DNA of 64,000 nucleotides, from contig CM059431.1 in assembly GCA_030390025.1 (NCBI GenBank), forward strand, positions 133,984,001-134,048,000, in the 5' to 3' direction. Numbering within the stretch: position 1 is the first letter of the stretch; every line of letters starts with the position of its first letter. Source of the DNA: Squalus acanthias (Eukaryota). This document shows positions 24,625 through 35,803 of this stretch, piece after piece. The notes below the pieces were generated by a model, which worked only from the letters and a program-made list of their open reading frames with translations, had not been told where the DNA came from and ran no database searches. The position numbers were made by a program, and so were the translations under genes.

Positions 24625-25872
24625 ACAAACTTCACTGAATTTTTTGAGGAGGTAACAAGGAGGGTAGATGAAGGTAGTGCGTTTGATGTAGTGTATATGG
24701 ACTTTAGCAAGGCTTTTGATAAGGTTCCACATGGCAGACTGGTCACGAAGTTAAAAGCCTATGGGATCCAGGGCATAGTGTCAAGTTGGATTCAAAACTG
24801 GCTCGGAGGCAGGAAGCAGGAAGTTGATGGGTGTTTTTGTGACTGGAAGGCTGTTTTCAGTGGGGTTCCGCAGGGCTCAGTACTAGGTCCCTTGCTTTTT
24901 GTGGTATATATCAATGATCTAGACTTGAATATAGGTGGTATGATTAAGAAGTTTGCAGATGATACTAAAATCGGCTGTGTGGTTGATACTGAAGAAGGAA
25001 GCTGTAGACTGCAGGAAGATATCAATAAATTGGTCAGGTGGGCAGAACAGTGGCAAATGGAATTCAATCCAGAGAAGTGTGAGGTAATGCATTTGGGGAG
25101 GGCTAACAAGGAAAGGGAATACACATTAAATGGTAGGACACTGAGTAGTGTAGAGGAACAAAGGGACCTTGGAGTGCATGTCCACAGATCCCTGAATGTA
25201 GCAGGCCAGGTAGATCAGGTGGTTAAGAAGGCATACGAAATGCTTGCCTTTATTAGCCATGGCATAGAATACAAGAGCAGGTGGGTTATGCTTCAACTGT
25301 ATAAAACACTAGTTAGGCCTCAGCTAGAGTACTGCGTGCAGTTCTGTCACCACATTACAGGAAAGATATGATTGCACTAGAGAGGGTACAGAGGAGATTT
25401 ACAAGGATGTTGCCGGGAGTAGAGAATCTTAGCTATGAGGAAAGACTGGATAGGCTGGGTTTGTTTTCTTTGGAACAGAGCAGGCTGAGGGGAGACCTTA
25501 TTGAGGTGTATAAAATTATGAGGGGCCTAGATAAAGTGGATAGAAAGCACCTATTTCCCTTAGCAGAGCGGTCAAAAACCAGGGGGCACAGATTTAAAGT
25601 AATTGATGGAAGGTTTAGAGGGATTTGAGGGGAAATTTCTTCACCCAGAGGGTTGTGGGGGTCTGGAACTCACTGCCTGAAAGGGTGGTAGAGGCAGGAA
25701 CCCTAACCACATTTAAAAAGTACTTGGATGTGCACTTGGGATGCTGTAACCTGCAGGGCTATGGACCAAGAGCTAGGAAGTGGGATTAGGCTGGAAAGCT
25801 CTTTGTTGGCCGGTGCGGACACGATGGGCCGAAATGGCCTCCTTCTGTGCTGTAACTTTCTATGATTCTATG
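24625..25872 (+). mobile_element. 5'-truncated CR1 with 6-bp TSD
   Basis: RT motifs YMDFSKAFD and FADDTK, (TTCTATGA)n tail. AGACTG occurs at 24619-24624 and 25873-25878. Confidence 0.92.
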
Positions 25873-26150
25873 AGACTGCTTCATTATCTGAAGCAATTGT
25901 ACTCAAACATGCAACAAGTGCTGAACATTGGCTTCCTACAGATAGTGTGATTTTTAAGGATCGCAAATAGCTGGCAAGATACTCAGTTATTATGAATGGT
26001 TGTACACAGCAAGTTACCAGAATTTGTTTTAACTTTAACAATTTACCTTTTTTAGTGAGAGTTTTCACCAGCTGCTTTTATACTGCAGCTAATACCAATC
26101 CCCCATGGCACCACCTCTTCGTTTCTTTAGTTACCTGGAGATGTGACATA

Positions 26151-26986
26151 GGGCGCGATCTTGCCAGCTCTGGGGAGGCGGGTATGGAGGCGGGATTGCC
26201 GGGAAAATGGCAGAATCTGGGGGCGGGTGCCCATCCCGCCCCCAAACCGCCTCCGTGCCATCTTGCCAGGAGGCAGGTAGTCGACCCCCGCCAGGTCCCG
26301 TCTCCTTGGAGGTGGGAAGGGGATTACAGCCACTTAACTGCCTGTTAACAGGTAGTTAACAGGCAGATAAGAGGATTATCCCCATTTTACCCACACAAGT
26401 GCGGGCTTCCCGAAGGCTGCGAACCCCGCCAGTGTCACCGAGGCGAGCAGTGGGTCTGCGGGGTGCAAAAGTGTGCTGTGAAGGTAAGTGATGGGTGCAA
26501 GTGTGGAGAGGTAAGTATGTGAGGTGAGTGGAAAGTGATAGAAAATGTTTACTTACCTTTGTTTCTTCCTGCAGGCCTCAAACGTTGGGGATGCGGAGAG
26601 TCTCGCACCTCCGCGGCAGAGATGACAGATGGCTGCTGCATTCTCCAATGCAACAACCATCTAATTTCTGCTAAAGAAAGAGGTTTGATGAGTCTTGAAT
26701 TCAAGAACTCATCAAACTACAGAGAATGTCAGTGTTTGACAGCTTCACAGAGCTGTCAAGCGATGACAATTCATCTGTCAAACATTTTTGACAGATGAAA
26801 TGTCATACGCTGACGTTCTCTGTAACCGGCTTCCCCTTAATTGGCCTGTTAAGCCCACTGGGCGGGCTTAACAAGGTCAATCAAGGGAAAATAGCGTGGG
26901 TTGGCCAGAAGTCGATGGAGGCGGGACTAAAACCCGACAAGTGGGAGTCCCGCCTCCAAAAGCTCCCCATTGGCAAAATCCAACCC
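26151..26986. mobile_element. MITE with imperfect TIRs
   Basis: The left end GGGCGCGATCTTGCCA matches the reverse complement of the right end, GGGTTGGATTTTGCCA. Subterminal GGAGGCGGG/CCCGCCTCC repeats and an internal hairpin. Confidence 0.75.
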
Positions 26987-27142
26987 TCAGTTTCTCTAAT
27001 CATAACTGAAGAAAGGCTGTGACTCAGAACAGTCACATCAAACTAATAGTGCGGTGAAAAAGTATTTAAACTTAGGCACGCTTGTCCAGTACTTGTGTGT
27101 TGGATGCAGCTTGCCATTTTAACTATGTTTATGGTTTTGCAG

Positions 27143-27295
27143 GAGGTGATGCCAAGGGTATGCCTTGCAAATGAAATCTCACGCGTACGATTTGCTCAAT
27201 TTGGCCACACCAAGGGTTTTCAGCCCTCAAGAAAGTTGCTGTTTTGGGATTCTGACCCTCAACTGAAACCACTAGATTTTGGATTCAGCTTTATG
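27143..27295 (+). other. Candidate host exon (153 nt, open in phase 0)
   Basis: TTTTGCAG|GAG...TTTATG|GTATGC in unique DNA. Encodes EVMPRVCLANEISRVRFAQFGHTKGFQPSRKLLFWDSDPQLKPLDFGFSFM, which I do not recognise. Confidence 0.4.
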
Positions 27296-28577
27296 GTATG
27301 CTTATTTAAGGGTATATTGTTCTGTTATATGCTACATGAAATGCAAGCTTATGTTAAAAAATATCATATCAATCAAAACATTATGACTGTTCTAATGGCC
27401 AAATTACACATGACTGGAATACCACATTCATTTCCTTATTAATCCTAATTTCTGATTCACTACAGCTTGCTTACTTCTTCCCTGATTGTTCCATTTCAGT
27501 TTTTCTGTGAGTATAAATGCAGTTTAAAGAAAATAATGGACATATCTATTTTGTCACATCTTTTGGCGTGCACTGCTATGCATTTTCCATATTTATTCAA
27601 GTTCCTCTCAGCTTCCTGGCCCTCAACATTTGTAGGTCATTAAAACCCTTTGTTTAGATGGAACTCATGCATTGAATTTTATGGTAAGCTTCTAGTAGTT
27701 TAATGTGTGAGAAAGCCCTTTTTTGACGGCGTTAAATTTAAAGCAGAGCATAAGTATAAAATACATACAATCATGCATGTCAGTACTTTTCAGAGCTAGA
27801 TTTTCTTGATGGAGGCACTACTTAAATCAACTGGTAATGGATATTGAGTAGTGTGGTAACTTTGAATGAAATAGTCCATAATTAGGCACTAGCTAGTAAG
27901 TGGCATCTCTGAAAATACAATGCAGTACAGAATTAGGGGCTATCTTCAGGTTGCTGGCAGAGTTGCACTTTTAGCTGTTTTTCTACCAAGTAAGAAAAAA
28001 ATCCACTGACATTTTTTGCCAAGTCAGCCACCAAAACAGTAACATAATTGCTGGCAGAAAAAGATTTTAATTCTTTGAATTAAAATCTTCCACATATTGC
28101 CAGAGGAGAGTCAAGTTGCCAACAGTTATGCATCCTTTTAGGATGTTCTTCATACTAATGATGTCAAATGACAGGAAGGTATCCATATGACTCACTTCCC
28201 TCACTATTTATAGTCATCCATGTTGATTTTCCCTTCAACAACCTGTACATACTCCTACAGTATGTGGAAGCGACTGAATGAGGAAGATTACAAGTTTTCT
28301 CATAATCACAATGGGCCAGTAAAAGACTTAGAATAAAATCAATACAGTCATTATTTTTTTTTTTAAAAGAGAAAAATGAAAACTTCCTTGGTTAGAGGAT
28401 AATGTGATATCAGGACAAAATAAGAAAACTGCATACGACTTTAAACTTTAACTTCATCCTGCATTGACAGTAGATCCTTAGTTTTTGACTGTAGTTGATC
28501 AAATATAAATATTTCCAAAATTAGTTTAGGTCAAACTCGTTCATTATAAAATATTCAAAAATGTTAATTTAAATGAA

Positions 28578-28795
28578 ACAAAAGCAAAATACTGCGGATG
28601 CTAGAAATCTGAAACAGAAAGAGAAAATACTGGAAATACTCAGCAGGTCAGGCAGCATCTGTGAAGAAAGAAACAGAGTTAACGTTTCAGGTCGATGACC
28701 TTTCGTCAGTTCTGATGAAAGGTCATCGACCTGAAACATTAACTCCGTTTCTCTCTCCACAGATGCTGCCTGACCTGAGTATTTCCAGCATTTTC
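28578..28795. mobile_element. Palindromic Penelope-type terminal-repeat element with 16-bp TSD
   Basis: Long inverted repeat centred on 28710-28711. TGTTAATTTAAATGAA occurs at 28562-28577 and 28796-28811. Confidence 0.8.
28708..28744 (+). ncRNA. Minimal hammerhead-ribozyme-like motif (mirror copy on - strand, about 28677-28709)
   Basis: AGTT-CTGATGA-A-AGGTC atc GACCT-GAAAC-ATT-AACT. The minus strand reads CTGACGA-A-AGGTCATCGACCT-GAAACGTT-AACT. Confidence 0.65.
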
Positions 28796-29771
28796 TGTTA
28801 ATTTAAATGAAGTTGTTTAGACCAGAAGTTACCTTTACATAACGACTTTCGTCGTGGAAGAGTTGCAGTAACTACTATAACAAAGAGAAAAAGAATTAGT
28901 GCTTCATTTTTATTTATAAATACATTGTTCAGTCATATTCAAAAGTTCAATAAAATGGTTTTATAATAAAAAAAACTACCATGCATTTCAAAAAGCTAAT
29001 TTTTAAGTGATACTCTATTAGTAGTTCCTTTATGGAATATTCACTTAATTCTGAAAATATAAGCAAAAAGATCCAAATAATTTTTAAGTCCAGTGGTGAT
29101 TATTCTTAGTCTGCAGACTCTATATACTAAGTGTAGCCTCCATAGCAGCAGATCAAAAGAAAGGCTCCAATGCCAAGTTAAGCTCAATAAATCAATTTTT
29201 GGACCTCAATTCCACGCTGTGAATTTTTTCAATTTTTAGTAAGAGTATTTTTTGATGAAATGTGAGGAAGTAGAAACCCTCGGTAGGACCAGCTAGTCCT
29301 CTCAATACCTGTACTATTAGCTGTAACTTGTCTTAAATTGGAGACCATAACTTCCCTTTTTTCTGACATCATCCATCCTGGATATTAGGGAGAAAAAGGT
29401 TACATTATCAGAAAAGCCAAAAATCCAAAATTATGGGTTTATGTGCTAATAAGGGGATAAGATAACTTTCGGGGCTCTCCCATCTGAGCTTTGTGATTAC
29501 TTTGGTGATAGTGGGAAAAGTAAGAAAGTGCAAAGGTATCTACTATGTCAAGAGAAGATTAGTCCAGTATATGCTAATGTATGGGATCCCTTGTGCTGGA
29601 GAACAAGCGCATGTTCTTGCAGATCAAAGGAGTTTACATCCTTTAAAAATAATGAAGGCCACTTCCCTTATCCACTTATGAAATGAAATATATAGCTGTC
29701 AGAAGATCTGCCACTACCTTTCCTCTGAAACTCAGGAATTGGACAGTTAATGCCACCGGGTATTTCTCATA

Positions 29772-31390
29772 CATAGAAACAGAGAAAAATAGGAGCAGTA
29801 GTAGGCCATTCGGCCCTTCGAGCCTGCTCCGCCATTCAATATGATCATGGCTGATCCTCTATCTCAATACCATATTCCTGCTCTCTCCGCATACCCCTTG
29901 ATGCCTTTTGTGTCTAGAAATCTATCTATCTCCTTCTTCAATATATTCAGTGACTTGGCCTCCACAGCCTTCTGTGGTAGAGAATTCCACAGGTTCACCA
30001 CCCTCTGAGTGAAGAAATTTCTCCTCATCTCAGTCCTAAATGTCCTACCCCGTATCCCGAGACTGTGACCCCTCGTTCTAGACCCCCCAGCCAGGGGAAA
30101 CATCCTCCCTGCATCCAGTCTGTCTAGCCCTGTCAGAATTTTATACGTTTCAATGCGATCCCCTCTCATTCTTCTAAACTCTAGTGAATACAGGCCTAGT
30201 CGACCCAATCTCTCCTCATACGACAGCCCTGCCATCCCAGGAATCAGTCTGGTGAACTTTCGCTGCACTCCCTCTATGGCAAGTATATCCTTTCTTAGGT
30301 AAGGAGACCAAAACTGCACACAGTACTCCAGGTGTGGTCTCACCAAGGCCCTGTACAGCTGTAGTAAGACATCCTTGCTCCTGTACTCAAATCCTCTTGC
30401 AATGAAGGCCATCATACCATTTGCCTTCCTAACTGCTTGCTGCACCTGCATGGTTGCTTTCAGTGACTGGTGTACAAGGACACCCAGGTCCCTTTGCACA
30501 TCAGCATTTCCCAATCTATCACTATTTAAATAATACTTTACCTTTCTGTTTTTCCTACCAAAGTGGATAACTTCACATTTATCCACGTTATACTGCAACT
30601 GCCATGTATTTGCCCACTCACTCAATTTGTCTAAATCGCCTTGAAGCCTCTTTGCATCCTCCTCACAACTCACAATTCCACCTAGTTTCGTGTCGTCAGC
30701 AAACTTGGAAATATTACATTTGGTTCCCTCATCCAAATCATTGATTTATATTGTGAATAGCTGGGGCCCAAGCACTGATCCCTGCAGTACCCCAATAGTC
30801 ACCGCCTGCCACCCCAAAAAAGACCCATTTATTCCTACTCTCTGTTTCCTGTCTGTTAACCAATTTTCAATCCATGCCAGTATATTTAAGGGCAACACGG
30901 TGGCATAGTGGTTAGCACTGTCGCCTCACAGCGCCAGGGACCCGGGTTCGAATCCGGCCTCGGGTGACTGTCTGTGTGGAGTTTGCACATTCTTCCCGTG
31001 TCTGCGTGGGTTTCCTCCGGGTGCTCCGGTTTCCTCCCACAGTCCAAAGATGTGCGGGTTAGGTTGATTTGGCTATGATAAATTGACCCTTAGCGTTAGG
31101 GGGATTAAATACGTGGGGTTACGGGGATAGGGTGGGATATGTGTCGGTGCAGGCTCGATGGGCCGAAATGGCCTCTATCTGCACTGTGGTGATTCTGTGA
31201 AATTCTGTGAATTACCCCCAATCCCATGTGCTTTAATTTTGCACACTAACCTCTGATGTGGGACTTTATCAAAGGCCTTTTGAAAATCCAAATACACCAC
31301 ATCCACTGGTTCTCCCTTATCTATTCTACCAGTTACATCCTCAAAAAACTCCAGTAGGTTTGTCAAACATGATTTCCCTTTCATAAATCG
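29772..31390 (-). mobile_element. 5'-truncated CR1, interrupted by a V-SINE
   Basis: ORFs 29864-30736 (290 aa, FADDTK to the C-terminus) and 31175-31384. Confidence 0.92.
30890..31210 (+). mobile_element. Full-length tRNA-derived V-SINE (HE1-like)
   Basis: A box TGGCATAGTGG (30901), B box GGTTCGAATCC (30945), V-domain GTGGAGTTTGCAC...GGGTTTCCTCCGGGTGCTCCGGTTTCCTCCCAC, CR1-type tail GGCCGAAATGGCC and (ATTCTGTG)n. Confidence 0.9.
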
Positions 31391-32307
31391 ATGTTGTCCT
31401 ACTTCGAATGAACCAGTGTCCTACTTAGAATATATAAAATCCTGGATTTGTGTGCCTCTTTGTTTTCATAATAGATTATAGAACTTGTGTTAATTTGCAG
31501 ACGGGTTGTTTTTTGCACTGGACAAATTGGTTCTTGATTTTAAATTCAAAACATTGCCATTCTGCCCATGGTGCTGAGTTCCAACTTGTTTTAGGCCAGG
31601 TGTATTTGATGTTCAAGCTCATCTGTTCTGTACATGAGAGGGGTAATTTTGCACTCAGCATGAAGTTCTGTGATCAGGAGCATTTATCTATTAATTGGGT
31701 GCATGGCCCCCAAATCAAGTTTGATAAGGAAACAACCTGGATCATTTAACAGAGATAGCATTACACAGAAAGAGTCCTCATAGCCACCTCCCAGAACAAA
31801 AGACTTCCAACTTTCAGATCCAGAGGGCTGTAGCCTTAAATTACCTTTTGATCGATAGTAGAAGAGGTTCTTACACACCTTCCCTCCGATGGCGCTTATA
31901 GCATGACTCAGCCTCAAGACCGAAGAGGAAGAGGTAACAGTGAATCATTCCATACAGCACAGAAAGGCTTATTCGTGGACCAGATGACCTTGAATATAAT
32001 TAAAACCTTTCGGGATCCCACACAGGGAAGAACCCCTGACTTAGATGACTAAGCAGATCTGGCACCATGACCTGTTGTGCATTCAGTTGATAGCCTAGTT
32101 TTTGAAAGGGTGAACCCAGAAGAATTAAGTTATGATCTAATATATTATGTTATAATCAGTGAGTTGTCATGATTTGGAATGCTCTGCGTGCAGTTATTTA
32201 AATAACTCCTTGGCTACAATTGCTATTTTCAGGGGTATTCATTAGCTTGCCCTTTACAAATCAAAGAATTTGATCTGGAGGAATAGTCATAGTTTTAGCA
32301 CTAGAAT

Positions 32308-32460
32308 GAAAGAAATAAAGAAGAAAGCACTTGCATTTATACAGCACCTCTCTTGATTTTAGGATGTCCCAAAGCGCTTTACAGCCAAGTAAGTTTTTTT
32401 TTAAGTGTAGTCACTGTTGTAATATAGGAAATGCAGCAGCCAATTTGCCTAAGGTCCCAT
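32308..32460 (-). mobile_element. 3' end of an L2-tailed SINE
   Basis: Matches 7505-7620 (TTGCATTTAT...AAAGCGCTTTACAGCCAA...GTGTAGTCACTGTTG). Confidence 0.6.
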
Positions 32461-34653
32461 AAACTGCAAACAGAATGGGATACTATTCATTTTCTACTAT
32501 AATTTAGGAAGTCACAGAGAAAGGAGAAGGCAATAGTGCAGGGTAACGATAGGGGTAATGATAACCAGAGTTTGACAGGAGAAGTCAAAGCATACGAACA
32601 TAAGCATGCACCAGCAAATAGCTTCAGAGTAGGTAAAAATGGTATAAAGAAAAATTTAAAGCTCTTTATCTGAATGCACGCAGCATTCGTAACAAGATAG
32701 ATGAGTTGACGGCACAAATAGAAATAAATGGATATGATCTGATAGCCATTACAGAGACTTGGTTGCAAGGTGACCACGGCTGGGAACTGATTATTCAGGG
32801 TTATTTGACATTTCAGAAGGATAAGCAGAAAGGAAAAGGAGGTGGGGTAGCTCTGTTAATAAAGGATGAGATCAGGCAGTGGTGAGAAATGATATTGGCT
32901 CAGAGGATCAAGATGTAGAATCAGTTTGGGTGGAGATAAGAAATAGTAAGGGAAAGAAGTCACTGGTGGGAGTAGTCTATAGGCCCCTAACAGTAGCTAC
33001 ACTGTAGGACGCGGTATAAATCAAGAAATAATAGGGGCTTGTAAGAAAGGTACTGCGATAATCATGGGCGATTTTAATGTTCATATAAATTGGACAAATC
33101 AAATTGGCAAGGGTAGCCTTGAAGACGAGTTCATAGATAGTATTCGGGATGGTTTCTTAGAACAATACATTGTGGAACCAACCAGGGAGAAGGCTATTTT
33201 AGATCTGGTAATGTGTAATGAGACAGGATTAATTAATGATCTCATAGTAAATGATCCGCTAGGGAAGAGTAATCATAGCATGATAGAATTTCAAATTCAG
33301 TTTGAGGGTGAGAAACTTGGGTCTGAAACTAGTGTCCTAAACTTAAATAAAGGCAATTACAAAGGTATGAAGACAGAGTTGGTTAAAGTAGACTGGGAAA
33401 ATAGATTAAAGGGTAAGACAGTAGATAAGCAGTGGCAGACATTTGAGGAGATATTTCATAACTCTCAGCAAAGGATTATTCCAATGAGAAAGAAAGACTC
33501 TAAGAGAAGAATGAACCATCTGTGGCTAACTAAGGAAGGTAAGGATGGTATCAAATTGAAAACAAAGGCATACAATGTTGCGAAGATTAGTGGTAGGCCA
33601 GAGGATTGGGAAATTTTTAGAAACCAGCAAAGGATGACTAAAAAAATAATAAAGAGGGAGAAGATAGATTATGAAAGTAAACTAGCAAAAAATATAAAAA
33701 CAGACAGTAAGAGCTTCTACAGGTATATAAAAGGGAAGAGAGTAGCTAAAGTAAACGTTGGTCCCTTAGAGGATGGGACTGGGGAATTAATAATGGGAAA
33801 CAGGGAAATGGCAGAGACTTTAAACAAATATTTTGTATCGGTCTTCACGGCAGAAGACACTAAAAGCATCCCAATAATAATTGATAATCAAGGGGCTATA
33901 GGATTGAAACAATGACTATCACTAGAGAAAAAGTACTAGGCAAACTAATGGGACGAAAGGCTAACAAGTCCCCTGGGCCTGATGGCCTACATCCTAGGGT
34001 CTTAAAAGAAGTGGCTGCAGAGATAGTGGATGTGTCGGTTGTAATCTACCAAAATTCCCTGGATTCTGGAGAGGTCCCAGCGGATTGGAAAACCGCAAAT
34101 GTAACGCCCCTATTCAAGAAAGGAGAGAGGCAGAAAGCAGGAAACTATAGGCCAGTTAGCCTAACATCTGTCATTGGGAAAATGCTGCAATCCATTATTA
34201 AGGAAGTAATAGCAGGATACTTAGAAAATCATAATACAATCAAGCAGAGTCAACATGGTTTTATGAAAGGGAAATCGTGTTTGACAAATTTACTAGAGTT
34301 CTTTGAGGATGTAACGAGCAGGGGAACCAGTGTAGTGTATTTGGATTTCCAGAAGGCATTTGATAAGGTGCCACATAAAAGGTTACTGCACAAGATATGA
34401 CCTCAGGGGGTTGGGGGTAATATATTAGCATGGATAGAGGATTGGCTAACTAACAGAAAACAAAGAGTCGGGATAAATGGGTCATTTTCGTTTGGCAAAC
34501 TGTAACTAGTGGGGTGCCACAGGGATCAGTGCTGGGGCCTCAACTATTTACAATCTATATTAATGACTTGGACGAAGGGACGGTGTGTACTGTAGCCAAA
34601 TTTGCTGATGATACAAAGATAGGTGGGAAAGCAAGTTGTGAGGAGGACACAAG

Positions 34654-35803
34654 GGGCTCTATTTTATTAATGGAGGCGGGTTGAGGGCGGGCCCGCTGCT
34701 CAGCAGCTTTCCGACCCGCTCCCGGCTGCCGCCTCCCATCACTTACTATTTTGGCTTGATTGGCCTCGTTACGGCAGACGTGCGGGTCCCTCCAGGCAAT
34801 TACTTGGAGGCTGTCAGTATCTCGCGTCTGATGATGTGTTGTTTGAATGAAAGTTTAAAGGGGCCATGTCCCCTTTGGAAAAAATGTCAATGGGATGGAT
34901 TGGTGCTGTAACATATAGAAAGGGGAGTTGACAGCATCTGTTCTGAATAAAATGTAATGAATGAAATTGCTGGTCATATTATTCCAGAAAGATTTTTATG
35001 ATTTTTTTATATATCAATTTATTATCTGACTATGAAATGAAAAAGATGCCAGATTTGTTCCAATCTCTGGCTTAGTAATATTAATGCTTTTTTCTCTTAA
35101 AGATGCTGGCTGCTGCAGGAACGGCAGCCCCAATAACTAAAGCTGCACCCAGGTTCAACGAGGGCTCTCTCCATGCTCTTGTTGAGGGAGTTAGAGGACA
35201 TCAGGAGCTCCTCTTTCCTGGAAACAGAAGGAGGAGGCCTCCTCAGCAAATCAAGGCAGCTTGGCTGCAAATTGCTGAGGAGGTGAGCTCGAGGTCTGTG
35301 TGCAGACGCACATGGGTTCAGTGTGGAAAAAGGTTTAATGATCTGCTGAGATCACCTAAAGTGTGGCCTCTTTGTTCTGGGAAATGGAAGTTTAAGAGTG
35401 AGGGCTCAGGATGATTTCCATGTAGAATGTTGGTGGTAACACTGAGCGCAAACCACCGTTTATTGGACAGATGATGCCTGGGGTTTTGAGAATGTCGGAC
35501 TTACATTCATCTCCATGTGCCAGACACCTGTGGTTGAAGCGTAAGCTTACGCGAATCTGGCATGGATGAGTGCATCCCTTGCCTGATGGCCAGCAATGTG
35601 GTCGCCTGCTGCTGGATTGGCCACATTGGCTGTTAACTGCCTTAACTATCTGTCCCACCAGTTTGGGAGCAGCTGAACAGACACTCATGAAAATCGGGTG
35701 GGGTTGGGAAGGAGGCGGGTTGGATGTCTGAAGCCATTTTTTCCGATTTTCACAGCTGACCCGCCTCCAAACCCGCCTCCTCAGGACTATTAAAATCGAG
35801 CCC
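34654..35803 (+). mobile_element. Non-autonomous Harbinger derivative carrying only a Myb/SANT exon
   Basis: TIRs GGGCTCTATTTTATTA / TATTAAAATCGAGCCC, flanks AAG/AAA. CR1 rejoins across it (GACAC-AAAG-AGTC). Confidence 0.85.
35103..35360 (+). CDS. Myb/SANT-like (NAIF1/MSANTD-type) DNA-binding domain of transposon origin
   Basis: AAPRFNEGSLHALVEGV...LLFP...AAWLQIAEEV...RTWVQCGKRFNDL, with no stop across the domain. Expression is unknown. Confidence 0.6.

Larger units (their letters stand above)
22445..25893 (-). mobile_element. Zenon-like CR1-group LINE 3' part, split into three pieces (22445-23193, 24524-24624, 25873-25893)
   Basis: ORF 22735-23196 has YKAQVRSVM, KKLDDIQDKA and LNIHSLHH. 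The pieces rejoin colinearly with the copy at 55069-56708. Confidence 0.8.

Noticed and set aside
24532..25371. Novel fusion proteins suggested by long ORFs (also 758-1285, 38070-38942, 50012-50752, 54530-55192)
   Set aside because: Each crosses an insertion junction and reads by chance into antisense or unrelated repeat sequence.
30890..30965. tRNA gene
   Set aside because: The A and B boxes run straight into a V-domain and LINE tail, so this is a SINE head. The same applies at 24090-24161.
31753..31933. Coding exon (TTTAACAG|...GAG|GTAACA)
   Set aside because: All three frames contain stops and the pyrimidine tract is weak. A non-coding exon cannot be excluded.
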